In this document: piece after piece, positions 20,284 to 30,219 of the stretch
Numbering within the stretch: the first letter of the stretch is position 1
Layout of the letters: every line of letters starts with the position of its first letter
Assembly (NCBI GenBank): GCA_963817385.1
Contig: CAWFOM010000010.1
Span: 256,001 to 320,000, forward strand
Direction of reading: 5' to 3'
DNA from: an uncultured delta proteobacterium
Lineage (GTDB): Bacteria; Desulfobacterota; Syntrophia; Syntrophales; UBA5619
Length of the DNA: 64,000 nucleotides
The notes under the pieces: generated by a model
Databases searched by the model: none
What the model saw: only the letters and a program-made list of their open reading frames with translations
What the model was told of the DNA's origin: nothing
Program-made: the position numbers and the translations under genes

Positions 20284-21621
20284 ATGGCGAGGATCCTTGT
20301 GGTAGACGACGACCAGGGGATGAGAGAATTTCTAGAGATCATGCTGACGCAGGAGGGATATCGGGTCAGTACTGCCAGTGATGCCGGGAAAGCCCTCAGT
20401 CACTGCCGAAAGGAAAATTTTGATCTGGTCATCACTGACCTCAAGATGCCTAAAATGGATGGGATCGGATTCCTTCGCGCGGTCAAGGACCTTTCTCCCG
20501 AAACGCAGGTCATTCTGATAACTGCATATGCATCCGGAGAAACGGCAGTAACTGCCATGAATGAAGGTGCCTACGATTATATCGAAAAGGATTTCGCTAT
20601 CGACGATCTAAAGAAAATTGTTCAGAATGCCCTGAGTAAGAAAGGAGCTTCACACGATGATACACCAATTCACCAAGAAGTAGGTGATTCTGTCAACTTT
20701 GGGAACATGATCGGCAATAGTCGGGAGATGCTTAGGTTATATGGGACGATAAAAAAAGTGGCGGATACCACTGCTAATGTGCTCATACTCGGAGAGAGTG
20801 GTACAGGCAAGGAGCTTGTCGCCAGGGCGATTCATGAAAATAGCTCTCGGAAACAGATGCCTTTCACGATTATAAACTGTGGCGGCATTCCGGAAAATCT
20901 CTTGGAGAGCGAGCTTTTTGGTTACATCAAGGGGGCGTTTACCGGCGCCTATACTGATAAGGCCGGACTATTCGAGATTGCACGGGGAGGGACCGTATTT
21001 CTTGATGAGATTGGAGAACTCCCGCCTCTTCTCCAGGTCAAGCTCCTAAGGGTAGTCCAGGAAAAGACCTTCCGCCGGATTGGTGGCACCGATGACATTC
21101 ATGTCGATGTCCGCATCATATCCGCAACAAATCAGAATCTGGCAGATAATGTGAAATCAGGATTGTTTCGGGAAGACCTCTATTACCGTCTCAACGTTAT
21201 CCCGCTCCATCTTCCGCCCCTCCGGGAACGGAAAGAAGATATTCCGGTTCTGACGGAGCACTTTATTGAGAAATATTCTCGAGAATTCGGGAAGGCGATC
21301 AAGACGATATCCGCCTATGCTCTGGAATTGCTGATGCAATACCCTTTCCCGGGGAATATCCGTGAGTTGGAGAACATCATCGAGCGTAGCGTTGCTCTGG
21401 AGACATCGAACATCATCCTCCCGGAAAATCTTGTCCTCGATATCGCTGACATCCCTGATGCCGGCCTCAATCTTAACGACGAGATCGGTAAATTCGAAAA
21501 AGCGCTGATTGAAAAAGCGCTTCGTAAGGCAAAGGGTTCCAAAACAAAGGCTGCTGAACTGCTCATGATAAGCTATGATTCGCTGTATTACCGGAGTGAG
21601 AAATTGGGCATCAACTCCTGA
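20284..21621 (+). CDS. pilR: Sigma54-dependent response regulator (PilR/NtrC family)
   Basis: Receiver domain, [32 protein letters not shown]-terminal HTH; follows the PilS-like kinase. Confidence 0.75.
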   Translation: MARILVVDDDQGMREFLEIMLTQEGYRVSTASDAGKALSHCRKENFDLVITDLKMPKMDGIGFLRAVKDLSPETQVILITAYASGETAVTAMNEGAYDYIEKDFAIDDLKKIVQNALSKKGASHDDTPIHQEVGDSVNFGNMIGNSREMLRLYGTIKKVADTTANVLILGESGTGKELVARAIHENSSRKQMPFTIINCGGIPENLLESELFGYIKGAFTGAYTDKAGLFEIARGGTVFLDEIGELPPLLQVKLLRVVQEKTFRRIGGTDDIHVDVRIISATNQNLADNVKSGLFREDLYYRLNVIPLHLPPLRERKEDIPVLTEHFIEKYSREFGKAIKTISAYALELLMQYPFPGNIRELENIIERSVALETSNIILPENLVLDIADIPDAGLNLNDEIGKFEKALIEKALRKAKGSKTKAAELLMISYDSLYYRSEKLGINS

Positions 21622-21636
21622 TAAAAAACTTTTTCC

Positions 21637-21666
21637 TTGACATTTGAATGTCGCCTGTTTTATACG
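21637..21666 (+). promoter_or_regulatory. Sigma70 promoter with overlapping palindrome GACATT-TG-AATGTC
   Basis: TTGACA 21637-21642, 17-18 nt, TTATAC/TATACG; inverted repeat 21639-21652. Confidence 0.55.
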
Positions 21667-21688
21667 CGCATGTCAAGGAGAGATAGAT

Positions 21689-21784
21689 ATGTTTTCAGAC
21701 GGGCAAGAAATGAGATATATTCGGCGGGGATTTTTTGCCAGTTTTTTTAACTCCTTTATCAGGGTCTGCCCGCTGCTTCTGTAA
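21689..21784 (+). CDS. Phe-rich attenuation leader peptide MFSDGQEMRYIRRGFFASFFNSFIRVCPLLL
   Basis: AAGGAG RBS 8 nt before ATG; 6 Phe codons, 5 clustered as FFASFFNSF; lies between the promoter and the terminator. Confidence 0.75.
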   Translation: MFSDGQEMRYIRRGFFASFFNSFIRVCPLLL

Positions 21785-21846
21785 CCCCTTTCAGGGAAAC
21801 CAGCCGTGGGCAGACCGACTTGCCGCCCACGGTTTTTCAGTTGTGG

Positions 21847-21877
21847 AAGCCGTGGATTAATTCACGGCTTTTTTTTT
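21847..21877 (+). terminator. Attenuator terminator upstream of the ABC operon
   Basis: AAGCCGTGG-ATTAAT-TCACGGCTT followed by a T run, directly before the AGGAGG RBS of the first gene. Confidence 0.85.
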
Positions 21878-21893
21878 AAACAGGAGGGAAGAC

Positions 21894-23090
21894 ATGCGAA
21901 ACGTAAGAAACATCTTTATGTCCTTATTGGCTCTCGTTCTGATCTGTCCGAATACGGGAATGGCCGAGACGATCAAGGTTGGAGCCGCCATAAACATGAC
22001 CGGCCCTGCCTCCACATGGGGTCAATTCCACGCGAAGGGCCAGCAAGACTATTTCCGTTATGTCAACGACACCAAAGGCGGCGTGGCCGGTCGCAAGATC
22101 GAGATGATCCTGGTGGATACCGCCTACAAGGTCCCTGAAGCTGTGGCAGCCGTTCGGAAATTCGCTGTCCAGGACAAAGTGGACATGATTGCCACATGGG
22201 GGGCTGGTGAAGGGCTTGCAGCAAAACCGATCATCCAGAATTATAAAATCCCAACAATTAACTATTCCACCAGCTGGGAGATTCTCGAACCGCCGATTGA
22301 ATACATGTATCTTCCCTTCGGGAGTTACCGCATGGACTGCGAAGCCGTGATGGATTATATTCATGCTATACACAAGGGCAAAGAAGCACCGAAAGTGGGA
22401 CTCCTGACATACAATAATGCCTATGGCCTCTCCATCCATAAACCAAGCCGAGAGTATGCAGTAAAACAGAACATAAATCTTGTCGCCATCGAAGAGTTTC
22501 CACCCAAGACGGTTGATCTGACGACTGAACTTCTTCGTCTTCAGAAAAGCGGTGCGGAGTACATCTTCATGCAGATGCTTCCGGCCTCTATCATTACGGC
22601 CTTTCGGAGTGCGGATCGGATCGGTTATGATCCGCCGTTTTTTGGTACCTGGACATCAACCGATCCTGATTTCATCAAGATGGGGCAAGGATTAATTCGC
22701 AATCGTCTCCGCATTCAGTTTCCCGGCGGCCTCCCCTCGGACAATACGGCTGGCATAAAAATATTGCAAGAGCTTTGGAAACGCTACAAAACCGTAGATA
22801 AGTTCGACGCCTCTTACTGGGAGGGCGTTGCCGTGGCTATGATCATGGAACGCGCCATGATCAGGGCCGGCGAGAAATCCAAGGAGATCAATCGCGAAAC
22901 GCTCAACCGGGCAATGGAATCCTTTCAGAAGGAGGATTTCGGCGGCCTTATCCCCAATGTAACATATACCCCGACGGATCACGGAGCCTCTTTCCAGGCT
23001 CGGATAGTGCAGGTAAAGGAAGATGGCTCATACACACCGTTGACCAATTTTTACGTCCCCGGAAAAGAGAGAATTCAACTTCAAAAATAG
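21894..23090 (+). CDS. ABC transporter substrate-binding protein (Liv/HAAT family)
   Basis: Signal peptide; IKVGAAINMTGP, GGVAGRKIEMILVDT, NNAYG motifs. Confidence 0.88.
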   Translation: MRNVRNIFMSLLALVLICPNTGMAETIKVGAAINMTGPASTWGQFHAKGQQDYFRYVNDTKGGVAGRKIEMILVDTAYKVPEAVAAVRKFAVQDKVDMIATWGAGEGLAAKPIIQNYKIPTINYSTSWEILEPPIEYMYLPFGSYRMDCEAVMDYIHAIHKGKEAPKVGLLTYNNAYGLSIHKPSREYAVKQNINLVAIEEFPPKTVDLTTELLRLQKSGAEYIFMQMLPASIITAFRSADRIGYDPPFFGTWTSTDPDFIKMGQGLIRNRLRIQFPGGLPSDNTAGIKILQELWKRYKTVDKFDASYWEGVAVAMIMERAMIRAGEKSKEINRETLNRAMESFQKEDFGGLIPNVTYTPTDHGASFQARIVQVKEDGSYTPLTNFYVPGKERIQLQK

Positions 23091-23099
23091 CAGAAACCT

Positions 23100-23150
23100 A
23101 TTGCCCTCGGGCCCCGCCCAGCAGGCGGGGCTTCGCATGGGGCGGGCAAT
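23100..23150 (+). other. Intercistronic stem-loop after the substrate-binding gene
   Basis: ATTGCCC...GGGCAAT enclosing GCCCCGCC-CAGCA-GGCGGGGC; no U-tract. Confidence 0.5.
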
Positions 23151-23165
23151 GATCTAGGGCAGGAA

Positions 23166-23993
23166 ATGAAAGCATTCCGAGGGAAACCGTCCATATACGA
23201 GGAAACCCATTCTGGCGCAAAGAAGGCTGAACTTGAAGTTAAAGGACTGTCTCTCCGTTTCGGCGGGGTCATAGCTCTGGGGAACATAGATCTTTCACTC
23301 CGGACCGGCGAACTGCTTGCGGTCATTGGTCCCAACGGGGCTGGAAAAACCAGCTTACTTAACTGCATCACCGGGTTCTACCGTCCGCAGGATGGGAATA
23401 TCTTTTTCAACGGGACCGACATCACTCATCGCCCCGCTCATGAGCTTGTACGGATCGGAATCGGGCGGACATTTCAGAACATTGAGCTTTTCCCTGGCAT
23501 GACCGTTCTGTCTAACCTTTTTCTGGCCCGTCACACTCACTGCAATTACGGGTTTAGTTCAGCATGCCTCTTTTTGCATTCAGTCCGTAAGGAAGAGGTT
23601 CGTCATCGGCGGATCCTGGAAGAGATTATAGATTTTCTGGAGATACAATCCCTCCGTAATAAATCTGTTGGTTCTCTGCCATACGGGATGATGAAACGTG
23701 TAGAACTGGGAAGAGCCCTAGCACTTGAACCTGCTCTGCTTGTCTTGGATGAGCCCTTCGCCGGTATGAACCTCGAGGAAAAGGAAGACATGGTCCGTTT
23801 TCTTCTCGAACTAAACCGGTCATGGGGGCAAACGATGATCCTTGTGGAACACGACATGTCCATTGTGATGAGCATCGCCAGACGGGTTGCGGTGCTCAAT
23901 TTCGGTGAAAAACTTACGGAAGGGACTCCGGAGGAGATCGTCCGTCATCCGGACGTGATCAAAGCTTATCTCGGTGATGCAGACACCATCTGA
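23166..23993 (+). CDS. ABC ATP-binding protein (LivG-like)
   Basis: GPNGAGKT, RTFQN, LDEP, VEHDM, VIKAYLG. Confidence 0.9.
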   Translation: MKAFRGKPSIYEETHSGAKKAELEVKGLSLRFGGVIALGNIDLSLRTGELLAVIGPNGAGKTSLLNCITGFYRPQDGNIFFNGTDITHRPAHELVRIGIGRTFQNIELFPGMTVLSNLFLARHTHCNYGFSSACLFLHSVRKEEVRHRRILEEIIDFLEIQSLRNKSVGSLPYGMMKRVELGRALALEPALLVLDEPFAGMNLEEKEDMVRFLLELNRSWGQTMILVEHDMSIVMSIARRVAVLNFGEKLTEGTPEEIVRHPDVIKAYLGDADTI

Positions 23994-25941
23994 GAAAGAA
24001 AACGGGGGTTTTTTGGACACGGAGCAGCAAAAACAGAATCCATTCTTTAGCGGAACACTGCCCCAGTTGCTTGAAGCGCAGGCAATCCGTTTCGGTCAGG
24101 TCGGTGCAGCTATCAGAGAAAAGGCCTATGGGATTTGGCAAACGTATCACTGGGAGGACTATTTTCGGTATGTGAAACATACCGGTCTCGGACTGCTTGC
24201 CCTTGGATACCGGAGAGGAGAATCGGTCGGGCTGATCACTGACAACCATCCCGAATGGCTTTTTTCTGAACTTGGCGCACAGGCGATGGGGGGGATCACT
24301 CTGAACCTCTTCACATCGGCTGTCGCAGATGAGCTATCCACATCATTGCACCGCGTCCAGGCGGCCTATGTCTTTGTCCAAGACCAGGAACAGGTCGACA
24401 AGATGAGAGCCGTCCGCAAAAAACTCAGCCATTTACGTCGTGTCATCTATATTGATCCGACCGGTATGGGATCATACAGAGATGACCCCTGGCTGCTTTC
24501 TTTCCGCGATCTGCTGGTGATGGGGGAAGGATTGGATCATGACCGCCCCAATTTATTTGACGGAGAGATGCGACAAGGAAAACCCGATGATACCGCTCTG
24601 ATGATCCAGACTTCCGGCACTACGGGCCTCCCGAAGCTCGCCATGCTGTCACACAGAAATCTGACGGCTATGGGAGAAAGTTGGATCAGGGCGGTTTCCA
24701 TCAAACCCGGAGAGAACTGGATCTCCATGTCACCGCCCGCATGGATCGTGGATCAGATGTGGGGTTTGGGTGTTGCGCTTCTCGGCGGTATGACGATGAA
24801 TTTTCCGGAAACGCCGGAAACGGTGACGGAAGATTTCCGTGAAATCGGTCCCTCACGGATCATCACCGCCTCGCGTTTCTGGGAAGAGCTTGCTTCCCGC
24901 ATTCGTGTCCGGATGTCGGATGCGGGATGGCTCAAACGCCGTCTATTCGCCGGGGGCGAATTGATAGGCCGAGTTGTGCTGTCCCGTCAGATCCGGAAGA
25001 AACCGATTCCTGTCTGGCTCCGAGGCATCCATCGCCTCGCCTCGTATATTGTCTATCGTCCGCTCCTTGATCGTATCGGTTGTGCAAATTTCCTCAGTGC
25101 CTACACGGGAGGCCATCCCATCAGCCCCGACGTGATCAGCTTCTTTCGGGCGATCGGTCTGAATTTGAAACAGTGTTACGGACTGACGGAAGCCGGGGGA
25201 ATCTTCCAGATCCAGCCGGACGACGAGGTGAAACCGGAGACGGTTGGCAGAACCCTTCCGGGTGTTGCAATTGAGATCGCTGAAGATCAGGAAGTGCTGG
25301 TCTCCAGCAATACTGTCTTTCTGGGGTATTATCAGGATTATCAGGCAACCGAAGCTGCCTTCACGAATGGTTGGCTCCGGACCGGAGATGCCGGGTACCT
25401 TGACCACGACGGCCATCTGCTCATCATAGGCCGCAAGGAGGAGATCATTCGTAACAAGAGCGGGGAGGCTTTTTCTCCGGATTTCATTGAGACACGGCTT
25501 AAATTCAGTCCCTTTATCAAGGAGGCCGTGATCTTTGGAGAGGGACGCCCCTATCTGACGGCCATGATTAACATCGATTTCGGAAATACCGGGAGCTGGG
25601 CTGAGAAGAAGATGATCCCGTATACGACATACATGGATCTTTCCCAGCAATCGGCTGTCGAGGAACTGCTCCTGAGGGAAGTAAAGAAAGTCAATGAACA
25701 ACTGCCGGAAGTTATGAAGATTCGTAAATTTATCCTCCTCTATAAACTTCTAGACGCAGATGATGACGAACTTACGCGAACGGGCAAGGTGCGCCGACGC
25801 TTTGTTTACGGTCTCTACCTCAAACTTATCGAAGCGATGTACACCGCGGTGAAAGAGGTCCGAGTGAAAGGGAAGATTCGCTATCGCGATGGACAGATAG
25901 GGGAGATTGATACCCTTGTTCGTGTCCATCATGCTTTTTGA
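23977..25941 (+). CDS. AMP-forming acyl-CoA ligase (long-chain FACS-like)
   Basis: QTSGTTGLPK, YGLTE, GWLRTGDAG, ELTRTGKVRR. Confidence 0.88.
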   Translation: MQTPSEKENGGFLDTEQQKQNPFFSGTLPQLLEAQAIRFGQVGAAIREKAYGIWQTYHWEDYFRYVKHTGLGLLALGYRRGESVGLITDNHPEWLFSELGAQAMGGITLNLFTSAVADELSTSLHRVQAAYVFVQDQEQVDKMRAVRKKLSHLRRVIYIDPTGMGSYRDDPWLLSFRDLLVMGEGLDHDRPNLFDGEMRQGKPDDTALMIQTSGTTGLPKLAMLSHRNLTAMGESWIRAVSIKPGENWISMSPPAWIVDQMWGLGVALLGGMTMNFPETPETVTEDFREIGPSRIITASRFWEELASRIRVRMSDAGWLKRRLFAGGELIGRVVLSRQIRKKPIPVWLRGIHRLASYIVYRPLLDRIGCANFLSAYTGGHPISPDVISFFRAIGLNLKQCYGLTEAGGIFQIQPDDEVKPETVGRTLPGVAIEIAEDQEVLVSSNTVFLGYYQDYQATEAAFTNGWLRTGDAGYLDHDGHLLIIGRKEEIIRNKSGEAFSPDFIETRLKFSPFIKEAVIFGEGRPYLTAMINIDFGNTGSWAEKKMIPYTTYMDLSQQSAVEELLLREVKKVNEQLPEVMKIRKFILLYKLLDADDDELTRTGKVRRRFVYGLYLKLIEAMYTAVKEVRVKGKIRYRDGQIGEIDTLVRVHHAF

Positions 25942-25954
25942 GGGGAGGGGAGTC

Positions 25955-26833
25955 ATGGATTTTTTCATCCAGCTTTTGGTCGGCGGAATTTCGATCGGTT
26001 TCCTTTACGGACTCTCGGCAATGGGATTCGTCATGATTTTCAAATCATCGAGTGTACTCAATTTCGCTCATGGCGAGCTTCTTGCGATTGGAGCTTATTT
26101 TTTTCTCGCCTTCATCACTTGGTTGAAGCTCCCTATTATGATCGCGTTTCTTTTCGCTCTCGTCTGCTGTTTCTTCCTCGGCATTTTGATAGAAAGGATT
26201 TTTTTACGGCCTTTGATTGGTGAGCCGCTGATATTTGTTATCATGCTGACTGTTGGCCTTGCCGCGATGTTCAAGGGAATGATCCTCCTGATCTGGGGGG
26301 GAAATCTCTATACCTATCCCGAGTTTCTTCCGATGGCGATGGAGATGCACTGGGGGGTGGTTCGGGTCCCGCCCGTCTACGCAGCAACGTTGATGATCGG
26401 GACACTTTTTCTCATCATGTTTGGTTTGTTCTTTAAATTCTCCTCGCAGGGCATCTATATGCGCTCCGTTGCAGATAACCAAAGGGCAGCACTTTCCCTC
26501 GGGGTTCATGTCAAACGGGTCTTTGCCCTTTCCTGGGCTATTGCAGCCCTAGTGGCCGGGATGAGTGGCATGGTGTTGGGAATCATCAATGGGGTCAATG
26601 TTCACGATCTTTCCGCAATCGGCATGAAGGTCTTTCCTGTCGTAATCCTTGGCGGTCTGGATAGCATCGGCGGTGCCATTATTGGCGGAATCATCATTGG
26701 CCTTTTAGAGACATTTACCGGCGGGTATCTTTCGCCTTCGCTTCGCGATGTCGTTCCTTACATAATCCTAGTATTGATTCTACTTTTAAAACCTTATGGT
26801 TTATTTGGATTGAAAGAGATTGAACGGGTCTGA
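25955..26833 (+). CDS. ABC permease (LivH-like)
   Basis: LNFAHGE, ILGGLDSIGGA, KPYGLFG; start set to ATG 25955 after a G-rich RBS. Confidence 0.9.
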   Translation: MDFFIQLLVGGISIGFLYGLSAMGFVMIFKSSSVLNFAHGELLAIGAYFFLAFITWLKLPIMIAFLFALVCCFFLGILIERIFLRPLIGEPLIFVIMLTVGLAAMFKGMILLIWGGNLYTYPEFLPMAMEMHWGVVRVPPVYAATLMIGTLFLIMFGLFFKFSSQGIYMRSVADNQRAALSLGVHVKRVFALSWAIAALVAGMSGMVLGIINGVNVHDLSAIGMKVFPVVILGGLDSIGGAIIGGIIIGLLETFTGGYLSPSLRDVVPYIILVLILLLKPYGLFGLKEIERV

Positions 26834-26836
26834 CAT

Positions 26837-27907
26837 ATGAGAAAACTTCATCTTCACCCCTGCGGGAATTTTCGTGAACGATATGAACAGGAATTGATGG
26901 TCTTCACGACCGATTTTGGCCGTCTCTGGGCCGGGATCGGTTTTGCGCTCCTGATGTCGGCCGTTCCGTTCATGGTAAGCCCTTACATGCTTTATGTTTT
27001 TAATATGATTGGGATAGCCGCCATAGCCGCGATCGGCCTGAACATACTGATCGGCTTCACCGGGCAGATATCACTCGGTCACGGTGCTTTCTTCGGCGTC
27101 GGCGCCTATACCGCAGCCATCCTTGCCGCCAGATTGCATCTCCCCCTCGTCCTCGCTCTTCCGGCGGCAGGCCTGATGACTGCCGTGATCGGCATGGTTT
27201 TCGGAATCCCCTCAGGCCGCCTGAAGGGCCTCTATCTGACAATCGCCACCCTTGCCGGTCAGTTCATTATCGAGTATCTCCTGATTCATTGGGAGTCCCT
27301 CACAAAAGGGACGATGGGTATAACACTTCCGCCGGCTCAACTGATGACCTTTTCCGTCAATGGCGATCTCGGATTTTACTACCTCATCTTCATCGTTCTT
27401 GCGGGCATGACATGGTTTGCGATAAATCTGATGCGCACCCGTTTCGGGCGGGCCTTCATCGCCATACGAGACAATGATCGTGCCGCGGAGGGGATGGGAA
27501 TACCGATCTTCCGTTATAAGCTCCTCTCCTTCGGTATCAGTTCTTTCTACGCTGGTTTCGCCGGTGCCTTGTGGGCCTTCTATATGGGCAGCATCACAGC
27601 GGAACCTTTCAATCTTGGGTTGTCAGTTGAATACATCGCCATGGTCATTATCGGCGGGCTAGGGAGTATTTCAGGGTCTATTTACGGGGCTCTCTTCATC
27701 ACCCTGCTCAATGAAGCGCTACGCTTCATGACTGACATCCTCATGAACACAGGTATCGTCACCTCTTCCGGTCTGAACATGGCCCCCCTGCGGGAATTCG
27801 CCTTTGGATTTGCTATTGTTCTCTTTATCCTCTTGGAACCTCGAGGCTTGGCAGAGCTATGGCGTATTACCCGCTCCAGTTTCCGCCTCTGGCCGTTTTC
27901 TTATTAA
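26837..27907 (+). CDS. ABC permease (LivM-like)
   Basis: GQISLGHGAFFGVGAY, GLYLTIATLA, GRAFIAIRDN, EPRGL. Confidence 0.9.
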   Translation: MRKLHLHPCGNFRERYEQELMVFTTDFGRLWAGIGFALLMSAVPFMVSPYMLYVFNMIGIAAIAAIGLNILIGFTGQISLGHGAFFGVGAYTAAILAARLHLPLVLALPAAGLMTAVIGMVFGIPSGRLKGLYLTIATLAGQFIIEYLLIHWESLTKGTMGITLPPAQLMTFSVNGDLGFYYLIFIVLAGMTWFAINLMRTRFGRAFIAIRDNDRAAEGMGIPIFRYKLLSFGISSFYAGFAGALWAFYMGSITAEPFNLGLSVEYIAMVIIGGLGSISGSIYGALFITLLNEALRFMTDILMNTGIVTSSGLNMAPLREFAFGFAIVLFILLEPRGLAELWRITRSSFRLWPFSY

Positions 27908-27917
27908 GGGTCATCAT

Positions 27918-28718
27918 ATGGAAAACCTGCTCTTACAGTTGAACAATATTTCCGTCGTTTATTCAGACGTGATCCAGGTCCTCAAGGGCGTGTCCCTCTC
28001 CGTGCAACGGAATAAAATTGTCTCGCTCCTCGGAAGCAACGGAGCGGGAAAGACCACAACTCTCAAAGCGATTTCCGGACTTCTGAAACCGGAAAATGGC
28101 AAAGTCACAGATGGTTCCATAATCTATCAGGGAAAGGAACTCCAGAACGAGGCGCCCGAAACCATTACACGATATGGAATCATTCAGGTCCTGGAAGGAA
28201 GGCAACCATTTAAATACTTGACTATTGAGGAAAATCTTCGGGTAGGTACGGCTACGAGATGGGGGAAGCCCTATCGGCAGGATCTGGAGAGGGTTTACCA
28301 TTATTTTCCTGCCCTCTGGACACGTCGTCGGGGGCTGGCAGGTTACTGTAGCGGTGGTGAGCTCCAGATGCTGGTCATGGGTCGCGCCCTTATGGCTCAT
28401 CCTGATCTGCTGCTTCTCGACGAACCTTCACTGGGGCTTGCCCCTCTCGTTGTGCTCGAGATCTTCCGAATCATACGCCGGATCAACGAAGAAGAGGGAA
28501 CTACCATCGTACTTGTTGAACAGAATGCCCGGATGGCACTCCAGATTGCCCATCATGGTTATGTCATGGAAAATGGAAAGATCGTCATGGAAGGGTCAGC
28601 AGCTGACCTTCGAGATAATCCGGATGTCCGCGAATTTTATCTCGGCATGTCCGTTGCGGGGAATATAAAATCGTACATGGAAGTCAAATCGTATCGCCGC
28701 CGGAAGCGATGGCTTTGA
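27918..28718 (+). CDS. ABC ATP-binding protein (LivF-like)
   Basis: GSNGAGKT, SGGELQML, LDEPSLGLAP, VEQNA; start set to ATG 27918. Confidence 0.9.
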   Translation: MENLLLQLNNISVVYSDVIQVLKGVSLSVQRNKIVSLLGSNGAGKTTTLKAISGLLKPENGKVTDGSIIYQGKELQNEAPETITRYGIIQVLEGRQPFKYLTIEENLRVGTATRWGKPYRQDLERVYHYFPALWTRRRGLAGYCSGGELQMLVMGRALMAHPDLLLLDEPSLGLAPLVVLEIFRIIRRINEEEGTTIVLVEQNARMALQIAHHGYVMENGKIVMEGSAADLRDNPDVREFYLGMSVAGNIKSYMEVKSYRRRKRWL

Positions 28719-28861
28719 ATTCATTCCGATCTGCAATTACTCCAACAATATCATCATCTTCATCTAATATACCCAAGGACCAACTTGACACCGGATTGTC
28801 CCATATAGTAATAATAAAATGTAGGATTAAAACAGATAAAATTGGGCGATGTCACAGATAT

Positions 28862-29311
28862 ATGCAAATGAAATCCGCTAGTGAAAACTCTATAAGATGC
28901 ATCGTTATTCGGGAACCGACCGAGGAACAGGCCCTCCAGATTGCCGAAATGTATCGGATACAGGGATGGTGGCAGCCGCATGATGACGACAGGGAGTGCC
29001 TCATTCCACGGATGATTAGAGGTAGTCATTGCTTTGTGATTGCCGCGGATGGGGATACAATTGTAGGGATGGGAAGGGCTCTCAGTGACGGTATCAGTGA
29101 TGCCTATATACAGGACCTGACGGTCAAAAAAGACCGAAGGAACCAGGGAGTAGGAAGAAAAATTCTTCTCACGCTTCTTGAATGTCTTCGTGCCGACGGT
29201 ATATCCTGGATCGGACTGATCGCCGAGCCCGGTTCCTGCGATCTTTATAGCCATGCCGGTTTCCGGAAGATGAAGGAGTCGGTTCCTATGTTGATGACCG
29301 AGGAGCCATGA
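28862..29311 (+). CDS. GNAT-family acetyltransferase
   Basis: VGMGRALSDGISDAYIQDLTV, RNQGVG acetyl-CoA motif, LYSHAGF; start ATG 28862 or 28868. Confidence 0.82.
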   Translation: MQMKSASENSIRCIVIREPTEEQALQIAEMYRIQGWWQPHDDDRECLIPRMIRGSHCFVIAADGDTIVGMGRALSDGISDAYIQDLTVKKDRRNQGVGRKILLTLLECLRADGISWIGLIAEPGSCDLYSHAGFRKMKESVPMLMTEEP

Positions 29312-30219
29312 ATTTAAAACCGGTTACCGTGTCCGATTACGATACTATTAAAGCGTTCTTCGAGGATCAACCGTATAATCTCAGTATTTATTCTCCTGCT
29401 TCTCTCATCGCTTGGAGTAACCAGATCTTTCGGGCCTATTATACAGTAGTTGACGGGGTTCTCTTTATTGCCTGCGAAGCAGAGAAAAATCCGCGGGACA
29501 GTCATCTCATACTGCCGGTGTCTCAAAAAGGCTTTTGTTCGCCGTCCAATCTGCACCGTTACGCGCGACAATTCGGATTCGACCAGTACTGGTATGCACC
29601 TGGAGATTATCTTGGAACCCTCGACCCTTCAGAACTCGAAGCCTTTTTTATCTGTGAAGAGCAGAAGGAATTTGATGATTATGTCTATCTTACTGAAGAT
29701 CTGATCCGGCTCAAAGGAAACAAATTTTCCAAAAAGAGAAATCTCATCAATCAGTTTACCCGAGAATACCTGAGAAACGGCCGTATCGAGGTGGAGCATA
29801 TACGTCTGGAGCATGTTGAAGAATGCTCGCAATTTCTCGAAATCTGGTGTGAGAAACATGCTTGTGATACCGCACAGGAAAGCAACATCGCTTGTGAAAA
29901 GAGCGCCTTAATTACTACGCTCAATAACTTGAATCGTCTAGAATCAACGGGAATTCTGATCCGTGTCGATGGCACGGTCTCGGCATTCGGGATCGGCTCT
30001 CGTCTGAACCGATCAACTGGAACGCTCAATTTTGAAAAAGCCTTCTCAGAGATCAAGGGTCTCTACCAGTTCCTCGACAATGAGTGTGCGAAAAGACTTT
30101 TTAGCGAATTTAAGTATATAAATAAAGAAAGTGACATGAACCTCCCCAACCTTGCGGAATCAAAGCAGTCTTATAATCCCGTGATGCGCATCAAATCATT
30201 CTCCCTGACTCTCCGTTGA
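29308..30219 (+). CDS. DUF2156 / MprF-C-terminal-like domain protein
   Basis: DYVY, LKGNKFSKKRN, FEKA, GLYQF, YINKESD, LAESKQSYNP; ATGA overlap with the GNAT gene. Confidence 0.75.
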   Translation: MNLKPVTVSDYDTIKAFFEDQPYNLSIYSPASLIAWSNQIFRAYYTVVDGVLFIACEAEKNPRDSHLILPVSQKGFCSPSNLHRYARQFGFDQYWYAPGDYLGTLDPSELEAFFICEEQKEFDDYVYLTEDLIRLKGNKFSKKRNLINQFTREYLRNGRIEVEHIRLEHVEECSQFLEIWCEKHACDTAQESNIACEKSALITTLNNLNRLESTGILIRVDGTVSAFGIGSRLNRSTGTLNFEKAFSEIKGLYQFLDNECAKRLFSEFKYINKESDMNLPNLAESKQSYNPVMRIKSFSLTLR

